Origin: a virus
Strand: one strand, 5' to 3'
Virus record (IMG/VR): IMGVR_UViG_3300023184_000035
Span: 64,001-128,000 of that record
DNA: 64,000 nt
Shown here in pieces: positions 1 to 10,156 of the stretch (position 1 is its first letter; every line of letters begins with the position of its first letter). A program made the position numbers and the translations under genes. A model generated the notes under the pieces. It did no database searches. It was not told where the DNA came from and saw nothing but the letters and a program-made list of their open reading frames with translations.

Positions 1-91
1 GCAACGTAACACAGAAGTGTTTAAAGAAATGGACAAAAACTCTGAACACATATCGTTGTATCCGGATCCCACTGCACAGTAATAAACGGCG

Positions 92-99
92 TATAAATA
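92..99 (+). promoter_or_regulatory. T4-type late promoter TATAAATA
   Basis: Exact TATAAATA upstream of ORF 133, followed by hairpin aaaagcggct-tctg-agccgctttt (99-122). Confidence 0.55.
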
Positions 100-132
100 A
101 AAGCGGCTTCTGAGCCGCTTTTCTCACTTTAT

Positions 133-702
133 ATGATCACCGAAAACGAAACAGTTCAAACCCACAGTCAAGCTCTGCAAGAAAATGGCATGTACGTTTT
201 CATGGGCGAAGTCAATGACGAAAATATCTGTCCCATTGTGGAATGGATCTTGCATGAAAACTTTGTGGTCAAGAAAAAACGCAAAGAACTGCTGTTGATG
301 ATTTGTTCGGAAGGTGGAGAAATGGGCGCTGCCTTTGCCCTGATAGATGTCATGCGTAGCAGTATCATACCAATCAAAACTGTGGGCCTGGGCATGATAG
401 CCAGTGCAGGGCTGTTGATCTTCATATCTGGCACTCCCGGTCGCAGGGTGCTCACACCCAATACTTCAATTCTCAGCCATCAATTCAGCTGGAGCAATGA
501 AGGCAAGGCACATGAACTGTTTGCCACCATGCGAGAATTTGAACTCACACAACAACGCATGTCCTCACACTATCAGTTATGCACAGGACTAAGTGAAGAA
601 GAGATCAAGAAGCATCTGTTGCCACCACATGACATATGGCTGTCAGCAACAGAAGCCCTGGGTTTAAATGTGTGTGATCACATTTCAGAACTCACACGTT
701 AA
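133..702 (+). CDS. clpP: ClpP-like protease, divergent paralog
   Basis: ICSEGG, IASAG (Ser), LSHQ (His), HDIWLSATEAL (Asp) match the ClpP catalytic layout. Confidence 0.85.
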   Translation: MITENETVQTHSQALQENGMYVFMGEVNDENICPIVEWILHENFVVKKKRKELLLMICSEGGEMGAAFALIDVMRSSIIPIKTVGLGMIASAGLLIFISGTPGRRVLTPNTSILSHQFSWSNEGKAHELFATMREFELTQQRMSSHYQLCTGLSEEEIKKHLLPPHDIWLSATEALGLNVCDHISELTR

Positions 703-2300
703 CGACTGCGGCGTTCCCTACCCAACACATCAGCACTCATTTTGGGTTCACTCTTGGCCTTGGCAGCCTTGGCACCTGGACCAGTTAGACGTTTGTTGGT
801 AACTTGATCCAATTCATCTGCACCCATGTTGTCTACCATTTCGCCAGCGTCACTGTCTCCAGGTGCATCAGTGGTGGAACTCTTTTCAGTGTTGGCCACA
901 GCCTTGGGTTCTTTGTTGATGCTGAATACCAACTTGCCACCTGAGCTGGAAGTTGAACTGTAGCTCTTCTGTGCTTCCAGTGTGACGTTGGTAAACAACT
1001 TGCTGGGCCATATGGTATTGAATTCTAGCACAAACTGACCATCTTTGGTTTTCTTGGCTTCGGTATACATTTGCACAAACGCGGAGTTGTTGAGAATGTC
1101 AGCGGCTGCTTCTGAGAAATTGGTCTTGGTGTTGATCTCATTGCACACCTTATATGCAATAGAACTCACCAGGTGATTGAGTGGAACAACTTTGCTGGGA
1201 TCATCTGCTGAGCGGTCTTTGTACAGTGTCTTTAGATTTTTTGATATTTTGACATCATCTATGTTGAATTTTTTAACACCAGCATACTGTGCCAGCGACA
1301 TCACTTGTGGAATTTCTGCTTCAGAAATAATGCCATATTGCACTGCTAGATTCAACGGACCAGAGTCATGATTACCATTGTGAATGGTCTTGAGCACAGC
1401 AATGGGTTCGGCATACTTCTTGGCAAACTGTGTCATGCCAGCTGCTTCTAACTCTTGCACAGCCTTCAACAAGTTCACTGAGCTGGCCATGGCACCTTTG
1501 GCACCCTTGCTGGACAACTTGATCTGTTTGCCTTCGGGGCTGATCAACAACGAATCATATAATTCGCCGCTAACGTGTTCGTTAAAACTCACAACACAGT
1601 CAGAGAATCCATTTCGGCCCATGAACAATGCGGCTGCTTCTCCAGCATTGCCTCGAACTTGGCCGCCATTGATCAGCACAGCAGGCTGCAACATTTCGCA
1701 AAAGTAGTCACGGAACCCAGTGAAGTCCATACTACCACCATCCACAGCCACAGGGAATGTGGGAGAATTTACTATGGTAGTGGCTGCTTGATATTCTGTG
1801 CTTTGGTCGCCAAACTTGGCACCAATCTGTGCCAGTATACTTTCAGGAGTTTGACTCTTGAAATTGGTCAACACATCACTGGGCTTGTATCCGGCTTTTT
1901 CTTTGGATCCACGAGCGTCAGTTTGGCTAAACTCGCCTGGAATGTCTTTGGTCTGAAAAAATGTATTTTGTGTTCTAACTGGTTTGATTTCTTTGGTGAA
2001 CTTGGCCAGATATCTAGTGCCCACAGCAGTGTCAAAGGCTGCAATACCAAATGCTCGCAAGCCTGCATTGGGCTGATTGATCACTTCAATTGGATGCCCG
2101 GCCTGCTTTTCTACCCGTTTAAACGCAGCCATGGTAGCTTCGGGAGTTTCATAACTGCCAACTTTGGGGTAAAAGGTCAGGGACTGGAATTCAATTTTGT
2201 CATCCGCAGTGTCGCCCCGGGAATATACTTCGCCTGGATCGCGGGCACTGAGGCCACGGCTCTCAGTTAAGTTATCGAATAAATTGAGTAAGTCGCGCAT
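699..2300 (-). CDS. Putative internal virion protein, possible PD-(D/E)xK-like fold
   Basis: 533-aa ORF; leader [13 protein letters not shown]; [19 protein letters not shown]; TAAGTA upstream on minus strand. Confidence 0.5.
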   Translation of the reverse strand: MRDLLNLFDNLTESRGLSARDPGEVYSRGDTADDKIEFQSLTFYPKVGSYETPEATMAAFKRVEKQAGHPIEVINQPNAGLRAFGIAAFDTAVGTRYLAKFTKEIKPVRTQNTFFQTKDIPGEFSQTDARGSKEKAGYKPSDVLTNFKSQTPESILAQIGAKFGDQSTEYQAATTIVNSPTFPVAVDGGSMDFTGFRDYFCEMLQPAVLINGGQVRGNAGEAAALFMGRNGFSDCVVSFNEHVSGELYDSLLISPEGKQIKLSSKGAKGAMASSVNLLKAVQELEAAGMTQFAKKYAEPIAVLKTIHNGNHDSGPLNLAVQYGIISEAEIPQVMSLAQYAGVKKFNIDDVKISKNLKTLYKDRSADDPSKVVPLNHLVSSIAYKVCNEINTKTNFSEAAADILNNSAFVQMYTEAKKTKDGQFVLEFNTIWPSKLFTNVTLEAQKSYSSTSSSGGKLVFSINKEPKAVANTEKSSTTDAPGDSDAGEMVDNMGADELDQVTNKRLTGPGAKAAKAKSEPKMSADVLGRERRSR

Positions 2301-2351
2301 TGGTGTTTTCCAAGAATTGTGTTATACTTATGCTTTCAACAAGGAGACCCT

Positions 2352-2945
2352 GTGCCAAATTTAGTACCCATAGTTTTAGAACACACTGCCAAAGGTGAAC
2401 GCAGTTATGACATTTACAGTCGCCTGCTCAAAGATCGTGTGATCATGCTGGACACAGAAGTTTCAGAGCACTCAGCCAGTTTGATTGTGGCACAACTGCT
2501 GTTTTTGGAAGCAGACAATCCTGACAAGGACATTTCGCTGTATATCAACTCACCGGGCGGAAGTGTCACAGCAGGCATGGCCATTTACGACACCATGCAG
2601 TTTATCAAGTGCGATGTACATACCATTGTGATGGGGCAGGCCTGTAGCATGGGATCTCTGTTGGCACAAGCAGGTGCACCAGGCAAGCGTTACATGTTGC
2701 CCAATGCCAGACACATGATTCACCAACCGTCAGGCGGCGCACGTGGGCAAGCAACAGACATGTTGATTCAAGTGGAGGAAATTTTGTCCATGAAGAAAAA
2801 TTTAACAGGTATATATGTTAAACACAATTCAGCCAACAAAACCTTTGAACAACTCACAGCAGACATGGAACGTGACAACTTCATGAGTGCAGAACAAGCA
2901 GTTGCATACGGATTAGCTGACAAAGTTATAGAAAACCGTAAATGA
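2352..2945 (+). CDS. clpP: ATP-dependent Clp protease proteolytic subunit
   Basis: [47 protein letters not shown]; GTG at 2352 after AAGGAG. Confidence 0.95.
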   Translation: MPNLVPIVLEHTAKGERSYDIYSRLLKDRVIMLDTEVSEHSASLIVAQLLFLEADNPDKDISLYINSPGGSVTAGMAIYDTMQFIKCDVHTIVMGQACSMGSLLAQAGAPGKRYMLPNARHMIHQPSGGARGQATDMLIQVEEILSMKKNLTGIYVKHNSANKTFEQLTADMERDNFMSAEQAVAYGLADKVIENRK

Positions 2946-4222
2946 CCTTAAAAACTAATTTTTGCTCAAGTCCCTGGATTCACATGAGAATCACAAACTC
3001 GGGCAATTATGAGTTTTGTCGTTGGTCTGATGAGCATACCAATATCAACATACGTGAGCACACCCCACTAGAGTTTTTTCAAACGCACATGGCACCTGTT
3101 CGCAGTGCCATGTTGCAAGGTGAGCAGGTGCCTGCTTGCAAAGACTGCCGCCACATGGAGCAACGCCACAAGGTAAGTGGCCGTCAGCGGCAGTTGTTGA
3201 AAACTGGTATTGCTTTGGACAATTTTGAAAAGTCCATGCGCAGTAGCACATACTGGTCAGCATTTGCACAATCCAACTTTACCTCTGGCACAACTGATCT
3301 CAGTCCTGTGGATTGGCAAATTGATCTAGGCAACCATTGCAACAGTGGGTGCGTGTATTGTGCCCCAGAAAGTAGCAGTAGGCTCTCACAAGAATTTAAA
3401 AAATTAAAAATCTCACAGGCAGAACCAGCACCAAATTGGGCAACTGATCCAGAGTTGATAGATCAATTTGTTGCCTGTTTGACCAATACCAATCGACTGG
3501 CATACCTGCATTTTCTCGGCGGCGAAACCGTAATCACTCCAGCATTCAAGATCATACTAGAAAAACTCATTGCTGCCAAACTCAATCACAAAGTCAGCAT
3601 TGGGTTTACCACCAACTTGACTGTGTGGGACCAGGGCATTGTTGACTTGTTGACACAATTTGATCAAGTGCATCTGGGCATGAGTATTGAATGTTTTCAT
3701 GCTGTAAATGACTACGTGCGCTGGCCCAGCTCGATCAAATCAGTTGAGACCATGTTGTTGCAATGGATTGCATTGGGGCAACAGCACCGCTGGTACATGT
3801 CTTTGAGAACCACACCCACAGCACTGACCATACCTTACTTGATCACAGTGTATGATTTTGCACATCGGTACAATGTTGGGATTGAAAGTTGTAATTTTTT
3901 ACACAATCCAAAATTTCTTAGAATGAGTGTATTGCCCATGCAGTATCGGCAGGTGATTGCTGATCGAATACAAGCCTGGGTTGATCAACAAAATGTTTTT
4001 TCTACCACGCAATTAACCAATTTAAGAGACCCCAATCAACTGCATTTGCAAATCACACAAGATGCCATGAGTTATGTTGATTATTTGCGTACTGCCCCGG
4101 ATGAAACACATCTGCTGCCCGAATTGGTGGCATACTTGAAATTGCTTGAGTCCTCAAGATCCAACAGCATACTTGATTGTGAGCCCGAATATGAACACAT
4201 TCTCAGATCTGCAGGCTACTGA
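2942..4222 (+). CDS. Radical SAM protein with N-terminal twitch/SPASM-like Cys cluster
   Basis: CNSGCVYC motif, FLGGE; N-terminal CSSPW...C...CKDC. Confidence 0.85.
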   Translation: MTLKTNFCSSPWIHMRITNSGNYEFCRWSDEHTNINIREHTPLEFFQTHMAPVRSAMLQGEQVPACKDCRHMEQRHKVSGRQRQLLKTGIALDNFEKSMRSSTYWSAFAQSNFTSGTTDLSPVDWQIDLGNHCNSGCVYCAPESSSRLSQEFKKLKISQAEPAPNWATDPELIDQFVACLTNTNRLAYLHFLGGETVITPAFKIILEKLIAAKLNHKVSIGFTTNLTVWDQGIVDLLTQFDQVHLGMSIECFHAVNDYVRWPSSIKSVETMLLQWIALGQQHRWYMSLRTTPTALTIPYLITVYDFAHRYNVGIESCNFLHNPKFLRMSVLPMQYRQVIADRIQAWVDQQNVFSTTQLTNLRDPNQLHLQITQDAMSYVDYLRTAPDETHLLPELVAYLKLLESSRSNSILDCEPEYEHILRSAGY

Positions 4223-4625
4223 GTTTGATTTAGATCTGCGCTTGCAGGTACGGGCAATAGGTCGGCCCAGATTGAGAATTTCAATCAATCAAGATATTGT
4301 GTATCATGACATTTTAACACACACGTTTGATCTCAACCGTCAGTTGCCGTTGTTGCAACCTTTTGCGGTGACAATTGAATTACTGGATAAAGATTACAAC
4401 AGCGCTCAAGAAACAGCGGTAGTGATCGAGCAGTTGTCTATTGATCAATTTGAATTGGTACCAGCCTGGACTCAATTGGCCACGTATACCAATGATCACC
4501 AGTACACTGATCCTACAAATTATCTAGGGTTTGTGGGCACATGGCAGTTGCTGGTTGATTGCCCATTCTATCAATGGGCACACACCATGACCAATCAGGG
4601 CATGTTGTTGCAGATAGGTCAGTAG
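4191..4625 (+). CDS. Hypothetical protein
   Basis: ORF overlapping the radical SAM end; ATG 4191. Confidence 0.6.
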   Translation: MNTFSDLQATEFDLDLRLQVRAIGRPRLRISINQDIVYHDILTHTFDLNRQLPLLQPFAVTIELLDKDYNSAQETAVVIEQLSIDQFELVPAWTQLATYTNDHQYTDPTNYLGFVGTWQLLVDCPFYQWAHTMTNQGMLLQIGQ

Positions 4626-4711
4626 TAGTAGCGGTAGCCTTTGCGATATGCATCAGCCTGTTGCTCACGATTGGCAATAACTGCGTCAACCAGCCGTTTT
4701 AAAAATTTCAT
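4619..4711 (-). CDS. Small hypothetical protein (30 aa)
   Basis: MKFLKRLVDAVIANREQQADAYRKGYRYY; ATGA overlap with the upstream minus-strand ORF. Confidence 0.45.
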   Translation of the reverse strand: MKFLKRLVDAVIANREQQADAYRKGYRYYY

Positions 4712-4872
4712 ATCACACCTTGACGTTGTTGTTCATATTGATACTGGCGTTGCAAGTGTTCAATGTCCGCGGCATTTTGTGGGTTGCGGTTGGCAATGTA
4801 ATTTTCCATTCTGCTTTGATAGCTGTTGCCGGGGAATATCTCCGCCAGGCGGTGTAGTAGGTTTGCTAACAT
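4708..4872 (-). CDS. Small protein, DUF3563-like (54 aa)
   Basis: MLANLLHRLAEIFPGNSYQSRMENYIANRNPQNAADIEHLQRQY...; GAGG RBS and TAAATA upstream; not in the ORF track. Confidence 0.55.
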   Translation of the reverse strand: MLANLLHRLAEIFPGNSYQSRMENYIANRNPQNAADIEHLQRQYQYEQQRQGVI

Positions 4873-4950
4873 AATTTTTCCTCTGTGTTTGCATTGATAT
4901 TTATCTCATGGTTTCTACTGAGTACTACTTTAGCACTGGTTTTGGGGTGG

Positions 4951-4979
4951 TTGACCAATAATTCCCCAAGTGTTATAAT
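4951..4979 (+). promoter_or_regulatory. Early sigma70-type promoter
   Basis: TTGACC-17-TATAAT. Confidence 0.85.
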
Positions 4980-5010
4980 TGTCACATACAAACAAACAAA
5001 GGAGTATTGT

Positions 5011-5235
5011 ATGGACATCCGAGTCAAAGCAGCCGCTATTGTAGCAGGTATCACTGTTGGTACTGTGGTGGGCATCAGAGCAATCCACGCCGCTGCCACC
5101 TACATTGGATCAGAAAATACACTGAAAGTATTAGGTTTTGGTGTGTTAGCATTTTTGTTTTACCAACTGTATACTTTGGTACTAGAACACTTGGTGCGTC
5201 AAGAACGTTATAAAGAAATGTCAGATCGCGGTTGA
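5011..5235 (+). CDS. Small membrane protein
   Basis: AAGGAG RBS; two hydrophobic segments. Confidence 0.7.
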   Translation: MDIRVKAAAIVAGITVGTVVGIRAIHAAATYIGSENTLKVLGFGVLAFLFYQLYTLVLEHLVRQERYKEMSDRG

Positions 5236-5260
5236 CCAATAATTGCCCAAATGCTATAAT
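5232..5260 (+). promoter_or_regulatory. Early sigma70-type promoter
   Basis: TTGACC-17-TATAAT with TGn extension. Confidence 0.85.
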
Positions 5261-5290
5261 ATGGACATATTGTAACAAAAGGAGTTGGAA

Positions 5291-5617
5291 ATGATTGCAC
5301 TTGAAAACATTGAATCAATTCACAATACTGCTACTGCTGCCGCACAACGAGCAGAAGCTGACTTCCGTGCCAAACACGGCGAGCCCGGCTATTGTGGCTT
5401 TGCCTGGGTCAAGGTAAGCGAAAAAGCTTCTACCAAACTGGGCCGTGCGCTGAAAACTGTGGGCTTCCGTAAATCTTATAATGGTGGACTGGACTTGTGG
5501 AACCCTGGTGGCAGTGGTACTCAAAGCATGGACATCAAAGAAGCGGGTGCAGAAGCCTATGCTGAAGCCTTGCGTGGCTTTGGCATCAATGCGTATGCAT
5601 GTTCACGTGCCGACTAA
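5291..5617 (+). CDS. Hypothetical phage protein
   Basis: AGGAG RBS; YCGFAWV and QSMDIKEAGAEAYA motifs. Confidence 0.75.
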   Translation: MIALENIESIHNTATAAAQRAEADFRAKHGEPGYCGFAWVKVSEKASTKLGRALKTVGFRKSYNGGLDLWNPGGSGTQSMDIKEAGAEAYAEALRGFGINAYACSRAD

Positions 5618-5626
5618 GGAGTTGAG

Positions 5627-5899
5627 ATGCGTACAAAAACAGTGTTTCATGGATTGAAAAATTCTCAAAAAGTTCGTGTGATTTTCAAAGGTGACGGATC
5701 TGAAAATGATATCGGGATGTATTTGACAGTCAAACAAATTACCGAACAATTTGCAACAGTCAATGCCCGTTCATTGTGCTTTGATGCAATGTACGAATTG
5801 GTTCAAATGCGCTTCCTTGCAGAGACTGGTAAACAGCCGGTCCCAACTGGCCTTGGAACTACAATTCGTGGCAAACAAATTCAAGTTGATTTAATTTAA
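5627..5899 (+). CDS. Hypothetical protein
   Basis: AAGGAG RBS, operon context. Confidence 0.7.
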   Translation: MRTKTVFHGLKNSQKVRVIFKGDGSENDIGMYLTVKQITEQFATVNARSLCFDAMYELVQMRFLAETGKQPVPTGLGTTIRGKQIQVDLI

Positions 5900-5908
5900 G
5901 GACTAATC

Positions 5909-6064
5909 ATGGAAAATAATTCAATCCGTTGGAACGTGCCTTACACTGCGTGGCAACCCATGTTGAACTATGCTCAAACAAAGGAACAAGCGATTGAGCA
6001 AAAACTGGCAACAGAAGATCTCTCTGAGGCTCGTACAGTGTTAAAACGGATCATGGCATTATGA
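5909..6064 (+). CDS. Small hypothetical protein (51 aa)
   Basis: AAGGA RBS; fills the gap and has an ATGA overlap with the next gene. Confidence 0.6.
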   Translation: MENNSIRWNVPYTAWQPMLNYAQTKEQAIEQKLATEDLSEARTVLKRIMAL

Positions 6065-6411
6065 AATGGTTTGCTGAAACTACAGAATGGCCCGGTGTCA
6101 CTGCACCCAACCATGTGTATCTCTTGGATGACTCAAAGAGCAAGATGTTTGCCTACGTAAAGTTTGGCACAGGACTGCCTGAAAAATTCAGCAAACCCAT
6201 TCGCATTGACATCCGTGGCCGCAAGTTCAAACTCAATCCCGAGCAGTTTGCAATCGACGTTGAGGCCGAAGTGCCAGAAGGTCGTGTGATTGAAGTGCAA
6301 GGCAGCAAGGGCGATGTGTACAAGGTCACAGAACTGCGCGGCCAGTACTCATGCACTTGTTCGGGATTCAAATTCCGTGGTGACTGCCGACACATTCGAG
6401 GTGTGCAATGA
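6061..6411 (+). CDS. SWIM zinc-finger protein
   Basis: C-terminal YSCTCSGFKFRGDCRHI. Confidence 0.75.
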   Translation: MKWFAETTEWPGVTAPNHVYLLDDSKSKMFAYVKFGTGLPEKFSKPIRIDIRGRKFKLNPEQFAIDVEAEVPEGRVIEVQGSKGDVYKVTELRGQYSCTCSGFKFRGDCRHIRGVQ

Positions 6412-6752
6412 TTGATTGGCGAACTGATGATCTGCGAAACATGGGCATGGAACTGTCTTTGGAAACGCAACAAAGCATTGAGAGTTATTTGCTCCGTGGT
6501 TGGGCTCCTGGCGGCTACGTGACAGCCATGTTGGCGCACGATTACGAACGTGCATTTGCATGTGCAGACATTGCCAATCGACAAACCATTTGGGTGCTGT
6601 GGCGCTGGATCACAGACTATGCACCTCCACTGTGTCATGGCAGTTACAAAGCCGTTGACATGTGGCGTGATGATGTGGGTGGTTGCAGAAGCAATTATGT
6701 AAAAAAGGTAGAACAAACCGCCATGTGGAAAAAATTAAAAACTGTGGCCTAA
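6408..6752 (+). CDS. Hypothetical protein
   Basis: Coupled ORF; PGGYVTAMLAHD...AD. Confidence 0.7.
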   Translation: MIDWRTDDLRNMGMELSLETQQSIESYLLRGWAPGGYVTAMLAHDYERAFACADIANRQTIWVLWRWITDYAPPLCHGSYKAVDMWRDDVGGCRSNYVKKVEQTAMWKKLKTVA

Positions 6753-6848
6753 AACACCCAAAAAAGCCTGGAAATATCCGGGGTTTGTCGCTTGCTACTT
6801 AAATATTTGTCCGCAAACTATGAAGTTTGTTTTTTAAAGGAGTCTTAA

Positions 6849-7079
6849 ATGGACAAAGCGTTTGAAATGGCCTCAGGCCTGTTGGGTCACGTAGTTGATC
6901 TTGGTGTTAAGTTGATTGCAGTTGGTGTTGTGCTCCAAATCTTGTTTGGTGCCGCAGTGCCGTTTTTGGCAATCGATGTTGTGACTAGCATAGTCAAATT
7001 GGTAACTGCACTGGGCAGTCAAGGTTTGGTTGGACTGGTTTCAATTGCAGTGATCTATTGGGCCTTCAACAAGAAATAA
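6849..7079 (+). CDS. Small membrane protein
   Basis: AAGGAG RBS, hydrophobic; TAAATA upstream. Confidence 0.75.
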   Translation: MDKAFEMASGLLGHVVDLGVKLIAVGVVLQILFGAAVPFLAIDVVTSIVKLVTALGSQGLVGLVSIAVIYWAFNKK

Positions 7080-7097
7080 ACTTCTTGCCAGACTCAT

Positions 7098-7123
7098 AAA
7101 AAAACCACCCTAGGGTGGTTTTT
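7098..7123. terminator. Bidirectional intrinsic terminator
   Basis: aaaaaaaccacc-ctag-ggtggttttt between convergent genes. Confidence 0.85.
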
Positions 7124-7128
7124 CTTTG

Positions 7129-7356
7129 TTACGCAGCGTCTATAAACTTCTTGAGTTCTTCGGCCTTGGCCACAATATCCGTACTGGACGGAAAATCTGG
7201 CATGGTTGGGTACGGAAGGATTCCACGATTGGCATCATTCAGTTTGGAATGATATTCATCGCTGAGTCGACTACGTTGTTCGTAGACTGGCGCTTGGAGG
7301 ATTTCTTTGGCCAGGGTGAGAAGTTCGAGACGTATCTCGTAAGGTGTTTTGCTCAT
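7129..7356 (-). CDS. Hypothetical phage protein
   Basis: MSKTPYEIRLELL...; AAGGAG RBS; TAAATA upstream. Confidence 0.75.
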   Translation of the reverse strand: MSKTPYEIRLELLTLAKEILQAPVYEQRSRLSDEYHSKLNDANRGILPYPTMPDFPSSTDIVAKAEELKKFIDAA

Positions 7357-7524
7357 ATTTTTCTCCTTGTGTGTATGTGTGTTTAACACGAGCTGTGACT
7401 TTCATCACGCAAATATTTAGTCTGGCAAAACTCATGCCCAAAATTTCTTGCATTACAACACAAACCCATGTATACTTGTGGAATGCTGTGATGCAACAGC
7501 TAATTTTATTTAAAGGAGTATTTT

Positions 7525-7791
7525 ATGCATTTCAATCCCGAAACCAAAACCTACAAACTGTTCCATGCCTTGTACAATGGCGAAGCAGTGACTGCCAGCC
7601 AAGCACAACACCGCTTTGGCATCAAGAACATCTCGGCTGAAGTTAGCCGTGTTCGCCAAGCTGGTTATGCAGTTTACGCCAACAGCCGCAAAGCTGGTAA
7701 CGGCGTCAAAGTCACTGAGTATGCAATTGGCAAACCCAGCCGCAAGCTGATTGCTGCCGGTTACAAAGCAATGGCACTTGGTTTGGCCTAA
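7525..7791 (+). CDS. Putative winged helix-turn-helix DNA-binding protein
   Basis: VTASQAQHRFGIKNISAEVSRVRQAGY; own TTGCAT-17-TATACT promoter and AAGGAG. Confidence 0.6.
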   Translation: MHFNPETKTYKLFHALYNGEAVTASQAQHRFGIKNISAEVSRVRQAGYAVYANSRKAGNGVKVTEYAIGKPSRKLIAAGYKAMALGLA

Positions 7792-7828
7792 ACCAACTCG
7801 CTGTCCAATTCACACTGGACACTACGAC

Positions 7829-7855
7829 AAAACCCTGCAACCAGCAGGGTTTTTT
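7829..7855 (+). terminator. Intrinsic terminator fused to a downstream promoter
   Basis: aaaaccctgc-aacca-gcagggtttttt. Confidence 0.8.
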
Positions 7856-7856
7856 C

Positions 7857-7885
7857 TTGACCGATAATTCTGTATCGTGTATAAT
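7857..7885 (+). promoter_or_regulatory. Sigma70-type promoter, probably leaderless transcript
   Basis: TTGACC-17-TATAAT; ATG 5 nt downstream, no SD. Confidence 0.75.
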
Positions 7886-7890
7886 ACACT

Positions 7891-8349
7891 ATGATTAAAG
7901 AACTCTTTCAACGTTGGGATCGGCACCGTGTGATCATGGACCGTGTGAATGGCGAACCTTATTTGGAACGCTACTACGTGTTCCTCAAAGATCGCAAGCG
8001 TTTTCCATTCAACATCTTTGTGCATAAATTTTTGAAGTCTGATCCGGACGATGTGCATGATCATCCCTGGCCCTACTTCACTGTCATATTAAAGGGTGGC
8101 TACTGGGAATGGATTCCAGTGTTCAACACACGTGGCGAGAAAATACATGAATATTGTGTTTGGCGCAGACCTGGCAGTTTTAGATTTTCTGGTGCCAACA
8201 CCTATCACAGAATTGAATTGGATCCAGCAGTAGAATGTTGGACACTATTCATGCCCGGTCGTAAACAACGTGACTGGGGATTCCTGGTCAAGAACAAATG
8301 GGTGCAATGGCAAGATTATTTGGCCTTGCGCAAGAGTCAATCAACTTGA
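7891..8349 (+). CDS. Cupin-fold protein
   Basis: HDHPW...GGYWE...HRI motif. Confidence 0.7.
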   Translation: MIKELFQRWDRHRVIMDRVNGEPYLERYYVFLKDRKRFPFNIFVHKFLKSDPDDVHDHPWPYFTVILKGGYWEWIPVFNTRGEKIHEYCVWRRPGSFRFSGANTYHRIELDPAVECWTLFMPGRKQRDWGFLVKNKWVQWQDYLALRKSQST

Positions 8350-8359
8350 AAGTAAATAT

Positions 8360-8767
8360 ATGACAGACATAGGACAGTTTCTCATGGAATTTGGCGACTT
8401 TTTGATTTATGCTGGCATTGGTTGGTTGCTCACCAGCCTGACACTAATGGTATTGGGAATGTTTGTGCGTTGGTATCTTGAACGCCGAATCGGCCAGGAA
8501 CTAAACTCTGTGGGACAGGCCCTAGACGAAGAAAAGTTAATTGCACTCACAGTGGAGGTTGACCAAAATCAATATTTCTGTTACAATTCACTCACAAGTG
8601 ATTTTGTTTGTCAAGGTTCAGACTTGAAGGAAATACGTGAACGATTTCGTGAGAGATATCCTGACAAAGATGCAGCCATATATGACGGCGACGAGTCCGC
8701 AGTGACCACACTAAAATCGCAACTCAAAGATTTAAAGAAACAAAATGAAAATAGCATTAGCATCTGA
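8360..8767 (+). CDS. Hypothetical membrane-anchored protein
   Basis: N-terminal hydrophobic helix; FVCQG motif. Confidence 0.65.
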   Translation: MTDIGQFLMEFGDFLIYAGIGWLLTSLTLMVLGMFVRWYLERRIGQELNSVGQALDEEKLIALTVEVDQNQYFCYNSLTSDFVCQGSDLKEIRERFRERYPDKDAAIYDGDESAVTTLKSQLKDLKKQNENSISI

Positions 8768-9578
8768 CGTACACCTGGAATTTGGTGACCTAGACTTTGA
8801 CAACACAGACAACGCTGACGTGTTGATCTTGGGCGGTGACATCTGTGTGGGCAACGACATCACACAACGTGATCCTTACAACACCATGGGCGAAGAATAT
8901 CGTAGCAATCGTTATCATGATTTCTTTCAACGATGCAGTGCTAGATTCCCGCATGTGATTTTCATTGTGGGCAATCACGAACATTATCATGGTGACTTTG
9001 CCAAGACTGTGCCGCACTTCAAAGATGTCCTGGGTTATTTGACAAACCTGCATGTTCTTGAAAAAGAAACTTTTGTGCTGGATGATGTCACATTCATTGG
9101 CGGCACCTTATGGACCGACATGAACCGGCGTAGCATTCGTACCTTGCATGAGATTTCACGCATGATGAACGATTTTCGTTGTGTAGACAACAGTGCCAAA
9201 AGCAGTGATCAGCGTGGTTGGAATCCTCGCTTCTCCACAACAGACGCCGCAGATGATCATGATGCCATGCTGGAATACATTCGCCTAGTGATCGAAGGCA
9301 AGTTTGATCAGAAGTTTGTGGTGGTGGGACATCATGCGCCCAGCAGACTCAGCACACACCCAAGATATGCCCATGAGTCCATTATGAATGGTGGCTACAG
9401 TTCGGAACTGGATGACTTTATTCTGGATCATCCACAGATCCGGTTGTGGACACATGGTCACACTCACGAGGATTTTGACTACTGCATTGGCAGTACTCGA
9501 ATCCTGTGCAACCCAAGAGGTTACATCAACTATGAAGAAAGGGCAGATCAATGGCGACTGAAAACAGTGGAAGTGTAA
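8745..9578 (+). CDS. Calcineurin-like metallophosphoesterase
   Basis: SDVH, GGD, GNHE, HHAP, HGHTH motifs. Confidence 0.92.
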   Translation: MKIALASDVHLEFGDLDFDNTDNADVLILGGDICVGNDITQRDPYNTMGEEYRSNRYHDFFQRCSARFPHVIFIVGNHEHYHGDFAKTVPHFKDVLGYLTNLHVLEKETFVLDDVTFIGGTLWTDMNRRSIRTLHEISRMMNDFRCVDNSAKSSDQRGWNPRFSTTDAADDHDAMLEYIRLVIEGKFDQKFVVVGHHAPSRLSTHPRYAHESIMNGGYSSELDDFILDHPQIRLWTHGHTHEDFDYCIGSTRILCNPRGYINYEERADQWRLKTVEV

Positions 9579-9760
9579 AAAACTGGTTGCGTTATTCGGG
9601 ATTCAGTGTTATACTAATAGGAAATCCTTGTCATTGGAGTTGGCTGCCTTGGGCACGACAGGAAGCCAATGACGGATGGCCCAGCCCTAACGAACGCACA
9701 TACAGCGTGGGTTGGATTTTTTTAACTTTGAGAATATGGATTGATGATGGAAGCTGGTAA
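9551..9760 (+). CDS. Trp-rich small hypothetical protein
   Basis: ORF tiling the operon. Confidence 0.55.
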   Translation: MATENSGSVKNWLRYSGFSVILIGNPCHWSWLPWARQEANDGWPSPNERTYSVGWIFLTLRIWIDDGSW

Positions 9761-9953
9761 AACAAAAACTCGTTTTGACATGGAACAAGAAATCATGCAG
9801 GCCTGGCAAGTGCTGGATGATATCAAGATGTTGAGTGCTCGTGAGGGCACTGAGAAGGAAGACTGGGACGCAGTGTATCGACTGTATCAAATACGTTTTG
9901 AAACGCTGTTTGAAACATTTGAACAACTGATCAAAGCAGGCACTATACTGTGA
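9744..9953 (+). CDS. Hypothetical protein
   Basis: RFDMEQEIMQAW; operon tiling. Confidence 0.7.
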   Translation: MMEAGKTKTRFDMEQEIMQAWQVLDDIKMLSAREGTEKEDWDAVYRLYQIRFETLFETFEQLIKAGTIL

Positions 9954-10147
9954 TGCGCAGAATGATCCTGACCCGCCATCAGTGGGAACAGGTAAGTGTG
10001 TGGTTGGCCTTGAATCAACAGGTGAACGAAATAGAGATTGTGGAATCAAAGACCACAGGTATTGGACTGGATCACACTGCCAAGTTCTTTTACAAAGAAC
10101 ATATATTGTTGAGTGAGATGGACATAACTGATACATCAACTTGGTAA
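9950..10147 (+). CDS. Hypothetical protein
   Basis: Coupled ORF ending DITDTSTW. Confidence 0.65.
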   Translation: MMRRMILTRHQWEQVSVWLALNQQVNEIEIVESKTTGIGLDHTAKFFYKEHILLSEMDITDTSTW

Positions 10148-10156
10148 GGATCTGAA

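Noticed and set aside
7485-7500. LexA box in gctgtgatgcaacagc
   Set aside because: CTGT-ACAG spacing is 6 nt, not the canonical 8
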